DNA of 64,000 nucleotides from Trueperaceae bacterium (GTDB lineage: Bacteria > Deinococcota > Deinococci > Deinococcales > Trueperaceae): positions 224,001 to 288,000 of the forward strand of contig CBDCDZ010000004.1 of assembly GCA_965215565.1 (NCBI GenBank), in the 5' to 3' direction. The number at the start of each line of letters is the position of its first letter. The stretch's first letter is position 1. A model generated the notes under the pieces. It saw nothing but the letters and a program-made list of their open reading frames with translations. It had not been told where the DNA came from and did no database searches. Both the position numbers and the translations under genes were made by a program. This document shows, in pieces, positions 19,493-31,300 of the stretch.

Positions 19493-19578
19493 GAATCATT
19501 CCTCCGATTCAATAAAGGGACCTTTCTAACTTACACAATTTTTTGCCTACTGTTTCGCATAGCGAAGTGAAACCATTC

Positions 19579-21903
19579 TCACCGCCGCAGATACGCCACC
19601 GTCACCCCGTGCCCGCCTTCGTACGGCACGGCGTCCTCATAGCGCTCCACCTTCTTCTCGTCCTTGAGGTAGTTGCGCACCGCGTCACGGAGCGTGCCCG
19701 TTCCCTTGCCGTGCAAAATCCGCACCGAGGGGACTTTGAGCGAGTGCGCCTCTAGGACGAAGTCGCGTACCTTTTCCAAACCTGGCTCGACGCGCTCCCC
19801 GCGTATGTTGAGTTCTTCTTCGAAACGGGCAGGACCCGTAAGACCTGCTGTGAAACTGCCAGATGCCTGTTTGACTTTCGGCTTAGGTTGCTCCGCGAGT
19901 TTCACGCCGCGTTTCGGTACGGTGACTTTCAGCAGACCGAGTTGCACCACTACCTCATCGCCGCGCACCTCTACGACGGGACCTTTCGCGCCGTAGTCCT
20001 CGACGTGAACGAGCGCGCCGGGCTCCAAACTCGGGCGCTTGGGCTGCTGCTTGGACTGAGGGCGCGTTTGCGGCTGAGATTTCTGCACGGTTTTCTGCGC
20101 CGTCCTGCGGAGTTTTTGTAGTTCGTCCAGCGCTTGCGAGCGTGACTCTCTATCCGTCGTCGCGGTGCGCTTGAGTTCTTTGGCTTGTTGCAAGGTGTTT
20201 TGCAACATCTCGTCGGCGCGTTCGGCGGCGGCGGCTAAGACCTGATCCTCTTTGGCGCGCAGCGTGTCGATTTGCGCGCGCAGCACCTCGGCTTCGCGGA
20301 CGGCCTGCTCGCGGACCTCTTGGAGTTCTAACTGGTCTAGCTCGAGCCTCTCCCTCTGATTTTCCAACGTCTGCAAAAGAGACTCTAGCGCCGCCCCTTC
20401 CGGGCCCAAAATCTCGCTCGCGCGTCCTAGGAGGTCGTTCGGCAAGCCTAGCCGCTCGGCGATGGAGAGGGCGTAACTCCTGCCGGGTTGCCCGATGACG
20501 AGTTCGAACTTAGGGCGGAGCGCGTCCACGTCGAAGCTCATGGCGGCGTTCTGCACGCCCTTTGTCTCCGAGGCGAAGACTTTGAGAGGTGCAAGGTGCG
20601 TGTTGATGAGACCGCGCGCGCCACTTGCTAGAACGTTTTCCAAGACCGCTTGTGAGAGCGCCGCGCCCTCATCGGGGTCCGTACCCGAGCCGAGTTCGTC
20701 GATGAGAATGAGGATGCCCTCGTCGGCTCGCTCCACCACAGCTTTCAAATTCTTGAGGTGCCCCGCATACGTGGACAAGCTCGCCTCGATGCTCTGCTCG
20801 TCGCCGATGTCGGTTAGGAGCGCGTCGAAGGGGGGGAGGCTCGGCTCCTTGGCGGCGACGAAGAGCCCACTGTGCGCCATCACAGCGGCGAGCCCGAGTG
20901 TTTTGAGAAGCACGGTTTTACCGCCCGCGTTCGGACCCGTGACGATGAGCAGGCGGCGTTCGGCGTCCAGGGTAATGGCGTTCGGCACGCAGTTCTCGAT
21001 CAAGGGGTGGCAGGCGTCCTCCAGGCTGATCTCGCCGTTCTCGCTAAAGGAGGGTTGGGCGAGCCGCCAATCTTTCGCCAGCCGCGCGCTCGCCGCGATG
21101 AGGTCCAGTTCGGCTAGGACCTCTAAGCTCTCCTCCAAACCGGGCTCGTACGCCAAGCGCTGACCCAGCGCGAGCAAAATCCGCCGCACCTCGTCGCGCT
21201 CCTCGAACTCCAAAAGCGCCAACTCGTTGTTCATGGGCACGACGCTCTGGGGCTCCATGAAGACCGTCGCGCCCGAGTCGGAGGAATCTAAAGCGATGCC
21301 GGGAACTCTGGACTGCGCGCTCGCCCTGACCGGAATCACGTAGCGGTCGCGGCGCAGGGTGATGATGGCGTCCTGCACGCTGTCGGCGTAGCGCGTGAGT
21401 AGCTCCTGAAGCTTGCTGCGGATGCGCCCGCGTAGCGGATTCAAGCGGCGGCGAATGTCGCGCAGCTTGGGCGTGGCGTCGTCGCGGACGCTGCCGTCCG
21501 TGTCGAGCTGTTCGCGCACGAGCCGCAGTGCGCCGTCGAACGAGCCGAGCCCCTGCGCGAGTTCTGAGAGTGCCGGGCGCTCCGAGGTGAGAATCGCGCG
21601 TTTGATGGTGCCAGCGGCGTCCATCGTGTAGGCGATTTCTAAAATCTCCAAGCCCTCTAAGACGCGCCCGTCCTTGACCTTATAGGTGAGCGGGCGCACG
21701 TCGTGGACGCCGCCCAGCGAGAGGTCGGTGCCGCCCACCGCTTCGCCGAGCCGCGCCCAGGCGCGTTCGATCTCAAAGCGGCTCAGCGTGGGCGCTAGCG
21801 CCCACGCCCGCTCCACGCCTAAAGATGACGCGGCGCGTTCCGCTAGCGCCCGCTGCACGCGGGCGAAGTCGAGCTTTTGGAGGGTTGCAGGGCTCACATT
21901 CAC
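19579..21903 (-). CDS. mutS2: Endonuclease MutS2
   Basis: TGPNAGGKT, DIGDEQSI..SLSTY, DELGSGTDP, C-terminal Smr domain ILHGKGTG..GGHGVT. Confidence 0.96.
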   Translation of the reverse strand: MNVSPATLQKLDFARVQRALAERAASSLGVERAWALAPTLSRFEIERAWARLGEAVGGTDLSLGGVHDVRPLTYKVKDGRVLEGLEILEIAYTMDAAGTIKRAILTSERPALSELAQGLGSFDGALRLVREQLDTDGSVRDDATPKLRDIRRRLNPLRGRIRSKLQELLTRYADSVQDAIITLRRDRYVIPVRASAQSRVPGIALDSSDSGATVFMEPQSVVPMNNELALLEFEERDEVRRILLALGQRLAYEPGLEESLEVLAELDLIAASARLAKDWRLAQPSFSENGEISLEDACHPLIENCVPNAITLDAERRLLIVTGPNAGGKTVLLKTLGLAAVMAHSGLFVAAKEPSLPPFDALLTDIGDEQSIEASLSTYAGHLKNLKAVVERADEGILILIDELGSGTDPDEGAALSQAVLENVLASGARGLINTHLAPLKVFASETKGVQNAAMSFDVDALRPKFELVIGQPGRSYALSIAERLGLPNDLLGRASEILGPEGAALESLLQTLENQRERLELDQLELQEVREQAVREAEVLRAQIDTLRAKEDQVLAAAAERADEMLQNTLQQAKELKRTATTDRESRSQALDELQKLRRTAQKTVQKSQPQTRPQSKQQPKRPSLEPGALVHVEDYGAKGPVVEVRGDEVVVQLGLLKVTVPKRGVKLAEQPKPKVKQASGSFTAGLTGPARFEEELNIRGERVEPGLEKVRDFVLEAHSLKVPSVRILHGKGTGTLRDAVRNYLKDEKKVERYEDAVPYEGGHGVTVAYLRR

Positions 21904-22186
21904 AAAGAGAGAGTATACCGCGCCCAAGGCGCTAAGTTAGATGAGGGGCTACGGTTACGGCGTACTTGAATCCTCGAGTCCGTTTCTTGCGTTCTGGAGA
22001 CTTGGCAGGTCGAGCCGTACGCCCGGCTTAGAAGGCTCCAAAGTGCGCAATATGCGAATCCATGACGCGCCACCGCATTTATAGGTAAGATGAATAAACT
22101 TCGTCACCTTACGCCCGAATGAGCGAGATGAGCGTACAAGCTTAGGTCTATCTAGCTCGCGAAGGAACTCAATATAGAGGAGCGAT

Positions 22187-22921
22187 ATGACGGTCAGCCT
22201 CTTTATCACCTGCTACAACGACACGCTCTACCCCGAAACGGGCAAAGCGATGGTCGAACTTTTTGAGCGTCTAGGGCTCGAGGTCCACTTTCCCTTCGAG
22301 CAGACCTGTTGCGGTCAGATGCATTTCAACACGGGCTATCAGCAAGAGACCTTGACGATGGCGCGTAAGTTCGTAGAGATTTTTAGGGATGCTGAGGTCG
22401 TGGTGTCGCCCTCGGCGTCGTGCGTGGGGATGGTGCGCGAGTTCTACCCATATCTGGCGCGTGAGCATGGTGACGACGCGCTCCTTAGTGAGTTGGAGAC
22501 GCTCGCGCCTAAAGTCTTCGAATTTTCCGAGTTTTTGGTCAAAGAGTTGAACGTTACGGACGTGGGCGCGTACTATCCGCACCGCGTCACCTACCACCCG
22601 ACGTGCCACAGCTTGCGCGGGCTCAAAGTCGGCGACGCGCCCTTGACGCTCCTAGAGCACGTGCGCGGTTTGGAACTCGTCCCCTTGCCTGAAGCGGAGT
22701 CGTGCTGCGGCTTTGGCGGCACCTTCGCCGTTAAAAACGCCGACACCTCAGCCGCGATGCTCGGTGATAAGCTTAAAAACGTCCAGAACACCCACGCTGA
22801 GGTGTGCGCGGCGGTGGACAACTCGTGCTTGATGCACATTGGCGGCGCACTTCACCGGCAGCGTAGCGGCGTGAAGACGATCCACCTCGCGGAAATCTTG
22901 GTGGCGACGGACCAGAGTTAG
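22187..22921 (+). CDS. lutA: L-lactate utilization Fe-S protein LutA (YkgE/LldE)
   Basis: QTCCGQMHFNTG, YHPTCH, CCGFGGTF CCG domains. Confidence 0.92.
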   Translation: MTVSLFITCYNDTLYPETGKAMVELFERLGLEVHFPFEQTCCGQMHFNTGYQQETLTMARKFVEIFRDAEVVVSPSASCVGMVREFYPYLAREHGDDALLSELETLAPKVFEFSEFLVKELNVTDVGAYYPHRVTYHPTCHSLRGLKVGDAPLTLLEHVRGLELVPLPEAESCCGFGGTFAVKNADTSAAMLGDKLKNVQNTHAEVCAAVDNSCLMHIGGALHRQRSGVKTIHLAEILVATDQS

Positions 22922-22988
22922 CGGGAAGGGAGAATAGAAGGTACGCAACCTTCTATTCCCCCTTCTACATTCTTAGAGAGAGGTTCAC

Positions 22989-24440
22989 ATGGCACTGAGA
23001 CCGAGCACGACCCCCATCCCCCTCCCGATGGCGTTCGAAGAGGCGGCGAAGCCCGAGTTGGAGAACGCCCAACTGCGGCGCAACCTGCATAAAGCCACCC
23101 ACACGATTCGCGCCAAACGCGCCGAGGTCGTGAACGAACTGCCCGATTGGGAGGCGCTGCGTGACGCGGGGCAAAAGGTCAAAGCGGAGGTCATGCGCAA
23201 CCTGGACACGTACTTGGAGAGGCTCGAGGCGTCCGTCACCAAGGCGGGCGGGCACGTCCACTGGGCGAGGGACGCGGCGGAGGCGCAAGAGGTCGTGACG
23301 CGCCTGGTCAAAGAGACCGGCACGCAAGAGGTCATCAAGGTCAAGTCGATGACCACCGAGGAGATCAAGCTCAATGACGCGCTGGACGCGGCGGGCGTTC
23401 ACGCCATTGAGACCGACTTAGCCGAACTCATCATCCAACTCGCCGGGGAGGAGTCCTCGCATATCCTCGTTCCGGCGATTCATAAAAACCGCGCCGAAAT
23501 CCGCGAACTCTTCTTGCGCACGCTGGACGTGGACGAGCTGTCCGATGACCCTACCGAACTGACTGCGGCGGCGCGGCGCTATCTGCGCGAGAAATTTCTA
23601 AATGTCGAAGTGGGCATCAGCGGCGCGAACTTCGCGGTGGCGGAGACGGGTACGATAGGCGTGGTGGAGTCCGAGGGCAACGGGCGCATGTGCTTGACGC
23701 TCCCTAAAACGCTCATCAGTGTGATGGGGTTGGAGAAAATTCTTCCCTCCTGGCGTGACTTAGAGGTTTTCTTGCAGCTCTTGCCCCGCTCCTCGACGGG
23801 CGAGCGGATGAATCCCTACACGACGATGTGGACGGGTCCCTACACAGATGAAAGTGGCGGCGACGGACCGCAGACCTTTCACCTCGTACTACTCGACAAC
23901 GGGCGCACCGACGTGTTGCGCGATGAGGTCGGGCGGCAGGCGCTCCACTGCATCCGCTGCAGCGCGTGCTTAAACGTCTGCCCGGTCTACGAAAAGGTGG
24001 GCGGGCACGCCTACCGCTCCATCTACCCCGGACCCATCGGCGCGATCCTGACGCCGCAACTGAAAGGTGTCGAGAACGCCTCCTCGCTCCCCTACGCCTC
24101 GTCCCTCTGCGGCGCGTGCTATGAGGTGTGCCCGGTCAAGATCGACATCCCCAAAGTCTTGGTACACCTGCGCGGCAAGGTCATCGAGCACAAAGAGGGA
24201 ACGTTGAAGGGACGCGCGACTCAAGAGGCGCTAGCGATGAAGGGGGCGGCGGCAATCTTCGCAAGCCGACAGCGCTACGAGCGGGCGCAGCGCCTCGCGA
24301 AGCTGGCGCAGACGCCCTTCGTGCGGCGCGGAGCCGTCGAGTATTTGCCCGGTTATCTGTCGGGCTGGACGGCGACGCGGGACGTGAAAGCGGTGCCGCA
24401 AGAGTCTTTCCGTGATTGGTGGCGCAAACGTGGACGGTAA
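22989..24440 (+). CDS. lutB: L-lactate utilization Fe-S protein LutB (YkgF/LldF)
   Basis: KSMTTEEI, ESEGNGR, CIRCSACLNVCP, SSLCGACYEVCP. Confidence 0.94.
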   Translation: MALRPSTTPIPLPMAFEEAAKPELENAQLRRNLHKATHTIRAKRAEVVNELPDWEALRDAGQKVKAEVMRNLDTYLERLEASVTKAGGHVHWARDAAEAQEVVTRLVKETGTQEVIKVKSMTTEEIKLNDALDAAGVHAIETDLAELIIQLAGEESSHILVPAIHKNRAEIRELFLRTLDVDELSDDPTELTAAARRYLREKFLNVEVGISGANFAVAETGTIGVVESEGNGRMCLTLPKTLISVMGLEKILPSWRDLEVFLQLLPRSSTGERMNPYTTMWTGPYTDESGGDGPQTFHLVLLDNGRTDVLRDEVGRQALHCIRCSACLNVCPVYEKVGGHAYRSIYPGPIGAILTPQLKGVENASSLPYASSLCGACYEVCPVKIDIPKVLVHLRGKVIEHKEGTLKGRATQEALAMKGAAAIFASRQRYERAQRLAKLAQTPFVRRGAVEYLPGYLSGWTATRDVKAVPQESFRDWWRKRGR

Positions 24441-25077
24441 AGTGGAGCGCCGAGGAAGCGCGAAAGAGGTCATTTTAGGGCGCATCCGCGAGATCATGCA
24501 GGATGCGCCCGCCGCCGAGCCGATTGCGCGAGACTACGTGCAGACGTCCGGGGATGATTCGGCGTCGCGCCTAGAGCAATTCACCGAGCGCCTCGTCGAT
24601 TACGGTGCGGAAGTTCACCACGTGACCTCGGGGGAAATCGCAACGAAGGCGGCGGAACTCTGCGAGGCGAGAAACGTCGAGAGCTTGGTCGCGCCATCCG
24701 ATCTGCCGCAAGCGTGGTTGCCCGAGGTCGAGATTCGCCCTGACGAGGCGTTGGGGAACGATAGGCTCGAGTCTACCGGCGGCGTCATGACGGGCTGCGC
24801 CCTCGCTATCGCCCAGACGGGCACGATCATCCTAGACGGTGGCGAGCGGCAGGGGCGGCGCGTGATCTCCCTGCTCCCCGACGTTCATATCTGCGTCGTC
24901 TTGTCCGAGCAGATTGCGGGCATCGTCCCCGAGGCGGTAAGCCGCCTAAAGTCCTCCGCGACGCGCCCGCTGACCCTGATTTCGGGACCGTCCGCCACCT
25001 CCGACATCGAACTGAGCCGCGTCGAAGGCGTGCACGGTCCGCGCGCGCTGTGCGTGCTCGTGATAACACCGGAGTGA
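24430..25077 (+). CDS. lutC: L-lactate utilization protein LutC (LUD domain)
   Basis: AIAQTGT, SLLP, ISGPSATSDIE..GVHGP. Confidence 0.92.
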   Translation: MDGKVERRGSAKEVILGRIREIMQDAPAAEPIARDYVQTSGDDSASRLEQFTERLVDYGAEVHHVTSGEIATKAAELCEARNVESLVAPSDLPQAWLPEVEIRPDEALGNDRLESTGGVMTGCALAIAQTGTIILDGGERQGRRVISLLPDVHICVVLSEQIAGIVPEAVSRLKSSATRPLTLISGPSATSDIELSRVEGVHGPRALCVLVITPE

Positions 25078-25237
25078 AGTTCTAAAGATATTTTTATTCT
25101 TGGTACTGTTCAACCTCTTTAGTCACACCACCATCTTTCTCAACAGGGGAGTGCGCAGCGCAGGGGAGACTCGCGAATCTCCCCTACGTCAGCAGTGTGA
25201 GTTAAGGTGGAAAAGCACTGAGCATACGGCGCGGACC

Positions 25238-28072
25238 TCACTGCACTGCCGTCGGCCACACGCACTGAAGACCGTCCGCGTTTCGTGCGTCGGTCAGGGG
25301 GCTCGAGACGCTCACCGCGCCGCTCAGCTCGCAGAGCGCCATAAGGTGAATAAGCGGGTTGTTCGTGTCGCGCTCGAAGATGGACTCTAGTGAGCCGTCG
25401 TCGCCGGGCGCAAGAATCTCCTCGAGGCGTTCACCGTTGAGGCTCGAGGGCAGCTCGGCTTGGTTGCCTTCTTCGTCCACCACGAACGTCGCCCCGCTCT
25501 CAGTCCCTAAAACCGTCTCCATCTCGCTGATGGGAACGCCGTCAACTGCGCTAATCTTAAAGGCTGAGCCGCCGTAGTGGGGTGAGCCCGCCGGATGAAC
25601 ACCGCCCGCTACCGCGCTGACCTCGATCTCATAAAACTCGGCGATGTCTAGTAGCCCCTCCAACATCTCCGGGTTGAGCCACGTCTCACCGCTCGGCACG
25701 CCCCCGAACTGCGTGCGCTTAGCGGGCTCACCACTTGCCGCAGCTTGAATGTTGCTGAGGGGGTCCGAGCCGTCGCTCAGTTCAACCACTGCGAGTAGCT
25801 CTCGCTCTTCCTCGGGGCTCAGATTGAGGTCGGCGTCTAGGAGTTTGCGGCGCTCGAGTTCGCTCACCTCGTCTCCGTTTAGGAGCGTGATCTCGGATGC
25901 GCCCAAGACTTCGCTTGCAAGCTCTTGCGAATTCGGGGGTGGCGGAGCCGGTTCGCCGCCCTGAGCTGGCTGACCTTGCCCTGGCTGAGTAGGATCGCCC
26001 TCCGCTGCTGGAGGAGCGGCTGGATTTTCGTTACTCGGTCCGTTCTCGGGAGGCGCATTAGGATCGGGCGCAGGCGGACTTGGAAGAGTCAGCTTGGCGC
26101 TTGGCCAGAGTTGACCTGGGGCTAAGCCTGCTCTAGGTGACACATAACTGCCAGGATCGGGCTGATCGCCAGCAGCGGCGTGCAGCGCCGCCCAGGTCTC
26201 GGGACCCGTCACGCCGTCAGGCTCCAAACCCATGCGCGCTTGAAAGGTTTTGAGCCGCTGTTCAGTCTCCTCGGTGAAGCGGTTGCCGAGGATGCTCACG
26301 CCGCCGAGGTCAACGCCCGTTACGCTGACACCCACGTTGCCCTGCGCGTTCACGCTTCCCTGAACGCCGACGCCCGCGCCGGTCTCTACCTGACCACCTA
26401 GCAACGAGCCGCCAGCCTGCTCTGCCCTCGCGAGTAGCCGGTCTAGCGCCGCGACCTCACTCCCCTCGTCGCCGAGGCAGAGTACGCCGCTCGAGCCCGA
26501 GCCGCCGAAGAGAGGTAGCGATTCCGCCGGGAGTTTAGAGGTGATCTCGCCCAAACCGAAGCCGAAGCCGCCGCCGCTCGTCGTCTGCCACGTGTCGGGG
26601 TAGGTAGCGCGAGGTAGCGTATAAGCACTTTGGAACCTCCCAATAGCGGCTTTCGTCGCGCCGTCAAAGAGGTGGTCGGCGTTGTCTCTAAAGAGGTATT
26701 GAATCGTCTCGTTCAGATTGAGGGTGCGCGTCACGCCGGTTTCGTCTAAGTGGACGATGGGATAGGTCTGCGCTCCGGTAGGTCCGACGGTAACAGGCGG
26801 GCAGTTGAGAACGTCCGCGAGCGACTCCTGCTCCTCTAGTAAACCGCTCAAGCTGAACCCTTGCGCGGCGTCTGCAAGACCTTCACCTAACCCATTTGAG
26901 CCACCGCTCTTCGCGTCGTCGATGACCTCTTGAGTGATGCTCCTATCTTTAGCGAGTAGAATGCGCAGTTGCAAAAAGGCCGCCAAGCTGAACCTCGGGT
27001 CACCTTCGAAGAGGTCGAGTTCCGAAGGGTCTAAGCCGATCAAAAAAGGTGCTTGCTTATTGATTAGAACGCGGTCAGCAGCCTCCTCTAACGTGTTGGG
27101 CGTATAGGCGGCGGTGGGGTCAGGCATCCAGGGCGTTTCGCCGACGTTGGGAAGGGGATAACCTTCTGCAGTGGTCGTCCAGCGGGTGTAAGCCTGAGGC
27201 AGCCAGGGAACGAGGAAAACCGCAAAGGGCGAGGTTATGGGGGAGGGCGGACACGGAGCGAACACAGAGAACATGTCGAACACGTTGCGCTTGCCGTAGA
27301 CCTCGAAGAAGCTGCCGTGACCGAACTGGCTATACTCGAGCACGCTCGCCGTCTTCCACGCCCGCTTGAGCGGCTCTTTGCTCGCGAGTCCAGGTAGACC
27401 CGGTCGCACCTCGTTCGCGCCGAATGGGATGTTCTGGTCAGGAAAGGCGGGGCGCTGGAAGTAGTAGATGCCGTTCTCCGTATCTCTGGCGAGTCTGGCA
27501 TATTGGTTAGGTTTGGGGAGGAGCGAAAAGCTCGGCACGATGATGCGGTCGCTGTCGTCGTCTGAAAGATCATCTAAACCGGGGAAAGGGAATTGCCACC
27601 AGAGTGCCGAGGGCAGATAGTAAGAGGACGCCACAGCGACCTCAGACCAGTAGCGCAGGCTGGCGTCACCGCTCGCGTAGAGAGCGACGTCGACCGCGAC
27701 TTTAGGGTAGGCTTTCAGAAGGCAACCGACCTCAAACCAAGCCTCTTGCGCGTAGTCTGTAACATCGTCTACGTAACGCTCCCAAAGCTCGTCATAGGTG
27801 TCTTCTAGCTGCAAACCGAGCTTCTCGGGAAAGAAGGGCACGGGGTAGGCGGCGCGTTTACAGTCGCCGCCCTCGTTGCATTCCTTTAACGCTTCGGTAT
27901 CCACAATTTCAGCGTTGCTGGTACATTCCCCGAAACCGTAGATGTCGCGCACGTCGTTTAAGCACGCCCTAAAAAGCTCGAGTGGCGTCGGGTCCATATC
28001 GACAAATGAGAAAACGCCCGCGTGCGCCGTACTGAGGAATAAAGCGATTAAAACGGTGTATAGTGCCTTCAT
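25238..28072 (-). CDS. Large secreted mosaic protein: Cys/Trp-rich N-domain, peptidoglycan-binding domain, Pro linker, M15-peptidase-like C-domain
   Basis: Signal peptide; FQARMGLEPDGVTGPETWAAL (PG_binding_1-like); GGVHPAGSPHYGGSAFKI. Confidence 0.7.
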   Translation of the reverse strand: MKALYTVLIALFLSTAHAGVFSFVDMDPTPLELFRACLNDVRDIYGFGECTSNAEIVDTEALKECNEGGDCKRAAYPVPFFPEKLGLQLEDTYDELWERYVDDVTDYAQEAWFEVGCLLKAYPKVAVDVALYASGDASLRYWSEVAVASSYYLPSALWWQFPFPGLDDLSDDDSDRIIVPSFSLLPKPNQYARLARDTENGIYYFQRPAFPDQNIPFGANEVRPGLPGLASKEPLKRAWKTASVLEYSQFGHGSFFEVYGKRNVFDMFSVFAPCPPSPITSPFAVFLVPWLPQAYTRWTTTAEGYPLPNVGETPWMPDPTAAYTPNTLEEAADRVLINKQAPFLIGLDPSELDLFEGDPRFSLAAFLQLRILLAKDRSITQEVIDDAKSGGSNGLGEGLADAAQGFSLSGLLEEQESLADVLNCPPVTVGPTGAQTYPIVHLDETGVTRTLNLNETIQYLFRDNADHLFDGATKAAIGRFQSAYTLPRATYPDTWQTTSGGGFGFGLGEITSKLPAESLPLFGGSGSSGVLCLGDEGSEVAALDRLLARAEQAGGSLLGGQVETGAGVGVQGSVNAQGNVGVSVTGVDLGGVSILGNRFTEETEQRLKTFQARMGLEPDGVTGPETWAALHAAAGDQPDPGSYVSPRAGLAPGQLWPSAKLTLPSPPAPDPNAPPENGPSNENPAAPPAAEGDPTQPGQGQPAQGGEPAPPPPNSQELASEVLGASEITLLNGDEVSELERRKLLDADLNLSPEEERELLAVVELSDGSDPLSNIQAAASGEPAKRTQFGGVPSGETWLNPEMLEGLLDIAEFYEIEVSAVAGGVHPAGSPHYGGSAFKISAVDGVPISEMETVLGTESGATFVVDEEGNQAELPSSLNGERLEEILAPGDDGSLESIFERDTNNPLIHLMALCELSGAVSVSSPLTDARNADGLQCVWPTAVQ

Positions 28073-28305
28073 AGCCGCCACTATAGCGAGTCCGGCTTCT
28101 GTTAAAGACGTTAAGCACTGGCTTTACAAGGAGTTGTTATGCCGGGAGTTATCAAAGCGACTCGAGGCTGGTGCGTTGGTCTATCTTTCAAGGCTTGATG
28201 AGCGCAACTTCGCGTTTTGTAACCTTGGTTTCGCCAATGACCCTAAAGCCCTTGTGTTTCTAGTGAACCGCGTTGCCAAGTGAGACATAGTACGGCTCGG
28301 CGAGC

Positions 28306-31300
28306 TTACTCCATATGCGCCGCCCACCTGACCGCGGCGTCGAAGAGCGCCCAGGCGTCCTCGCTGTACGCCACTTCGTAGTCGTGAAAGAGCCCGACGC
28401 GGCGCTCTGGCGCGGTCATCCCGATCATCGGCGCGTCCGCCTCGTAAGCGAAGACGGCCGCCTTCGTACTGTCACCTGGAACCGTTGCGACGACGACTGC
28501 GTTAGGGCTCGGCGCTCCCCAAGCGAGCCCGTAAGGTCCTGCGGAGACGCTGACCGCGCCGGAAAGTCCAGCCCTGAGCGGGTGATCGGCAGAGGTGAGC
28601 TGAACCTCCATGTATCCTTCGGACTCGCCGAAATAGATGGACTCGGCGTCGCCCGTCATGCCGAGCGGCGCGAAAAGTTTCTCTTCGGAGGTGACCACAG
28701 GCACCGCAACGTCGCGTAGCGAGAGGTCTATCTCGTCACTATTAACTGAGGGCGATACCACCACGATACCAGCGGCTGCCAGGTCAGTGTCGGTGACTAA
28801 AGTGTCGTCAATCATGGTGACGCCCCAACCGAGTTGCTCGAGCCTCGTCCTAAACATAGGGTCTACCTCGTTGGGCTTATCTGCGCCAACGACGAGGAGC
28901 GCGCTCGGCTTGTCTAGGAGCTGAGCGGGGTTGCTGGCCTCGCTCGACCGTTCGTTTTCAGCGATCAACATGATGTTGTCGAGACAGACTCGGTAAGGTT
29001 CGCTCCCACCCCCTACGCGAAAGATGATGCGGCTCATCTCACTAATCTGCGGTGCACGAAAGTTGTACTCATAAGACTTCTTTTGCGCGTCAAGCCTCTC
29101 CGTCCATCCGAAGTAATTTGCCCACGGCGCTTGGTCTATGCCCACGGCCGCGTAAATTTCCGTGGGCTTATCCGCGTAGGCGTCGAAGTTTAGGCGGTAC
29201 GCCCGATCCGTCTCGAGGGGAATTTTCGAAAAGCCAAGTATGACGTCTTGCAGCTCTTCGCCGCCTCGCGCGACGTTTAAGCAAGCTGCGCCGTCTTCAG
29301 CGACACGCTCAGCGGCAGCGCCGGAATCTTCAGTTACGTAGCGCCACCAACCCTCTGTGCCGCCCTTACCGTCGAACGTGTTGCTCACAAGGATGGTGTC
29401 GTCTATGCTCGCGCGAGCGTCCTCGTTAGCCGCACTGCTCACAACCCTTGCGCTGTCTACGTCTGCGCTTGCACCCGCGTTTTCGTCAGTCGCTTCTTCG
29501 TCAGCCGCCCCGCTAAGCTGCGCGCCGCTTTGAACTAGCTCGACGTTGTCGAAGCAGACGCTGTAAGGCGTGTTTTCGTTTGCACCTATAAAGAAAATAA
29601 GGCGGTTGTCTTCGCTGCTCTGCTCCATCTCGAACGTATAGGAGAAGCTTTCCGCCTGCGGTCCGAGCGTCTCTACACGTCCGAAGAACTCCGTCCAAGG
29701 TGCTTCACTCAAGGTGATAGCCGGACGAAAGGTGACGGGTTTATTTGCGTAAGCGTCGAAGCGGAAGAGGTACGTTTGACCCTGCTCGAGGGGAATGCCC
29801 GTCTGCGCGAAGCCGAGGCTCCACGGCTCTTCGCCGCCCTCGGCCACGTTTGCACACGCTTCGCCATTTTCGAATATGCGTCTAGATTCCGTTCCGACTT
29901 GTGCGTGCAGCGTCCAGACCTCTCTCGCGCTTTCGCCCTCGAAGTCTTCGCGGACGAGCGCAGCATCAGGTGTCGGCGGCGCGCCCGCGTCCTCCGCGCG
30001 CCCAGGCGCTCCGGTGTCGCCCTCGGTTTCAGGCGCACGCGCTGCGTCAGCCTCCGCGCTGCTGTCCGCAACGGTCACCGTAGACGCCCTGTCGTTCCAA
30101 TACAAAGTTTCGTCCCAGCCGTTGCGAAAAACGCCGACTCTCGCCGTGTAGATACCCGCTTCTGGTGGCGTCCAAGTAAAGGTTCGGCTGAGGGTGTCAC
30201 CTTCGCTGAGCACGATATTGTCTAAAAATTGCTGCTCAACGCTCACGTTGTCCGAGGCGAAAATTTCGAAGTTGAGGATGCCACCCTCTAGACGCCCTGC
30301 CTCAGCGGTTACTTCGACCGAAAAGGTCAGCTCCTCGCCTACGCCAGCGCTCTGCAGCTCAGGTGTAACCACCGAGGCGAAGGTGGGCGCGGCTCCGCTG
30401 CCATCGACCTCGTTTGCGGTAGGCAATTCGCTTTCGGCGAGTGGTTCGCTGTCAGTCGCTGCCTCACTTTCAGCGGTTGCCTCACCCTCAGGGGGGGGCG
30501 CGGTGCCCTCGGTAGGTGGTGCAGTGCTCTCTGAAGGGGGCGCAGTGAAGTCGCTAGAATCCGGCATCTTTTCACCCAGGGCAGCCAACAAGTCGACGGT
30601 CTTTCGGTAGACCGTTCCGGGTCCAACCTCGACTAGCGTCCATTCTAACTCCAGGCTGCTCGCATTCGCGGGCACGCCAGGAATCACGATCTGACCGGGC
30701 TCGGAGTCACCTATGGAGAGGCGTCCCGGCTGTCCGGGCACGGGCGAGCCGATGCGTTCGTAGTACTTGGTCACGTTATCTTGATAGATGCGTAGACGCT
30801 GCGGATCGTTGACGAAAGGGTACTCGGTGTTGTTGACAATAGCGTACTGGACGACGACGGCTTCGGCGTTAGGGCGGTAGGCGCTAATCTTGAATTCGAG
30901 ACCGGGTGGCGGCGGCGGAACGTCGTCGTTGTCAGGTTTGGCGAGACCTCCCGGCAAGCTGTTGCCCTGGAGCCCTCTATCAAACGGTTTTTTATCGCGC
31001 ACGATGTAGCGCCTCGGGTTTTCGGCGTCGGGCGCGGACACGAGCTTAAAGAGCGCCGTGCGCCCGCCTACACGGACGAAGAGGTCAGTATTGACTGTTT
31101 CCGGCGTCGCGGCCCTTATCGTCACGATATTGTCGAAAGGTTCTACGACGAGTTGGTCGGGGCGTCCCGACTGTGCGGACTCGACGCTCATCCCCTCGAA
31201 CTCGATGATGGTGAGAAAGTTGGGCGACACCTCGATAACAGCAGGAACGTTGCCCAGGGTATTGAGGTCTAGCTCCTTTGCGACGACGGTTTGGGCTGCG

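Noticed and set aside
22925..22965. Hairpin between lutA and lutB as an ncRNA
   Set aside because: Single stem-loop, most simply an mRNA stability or attenuation element.
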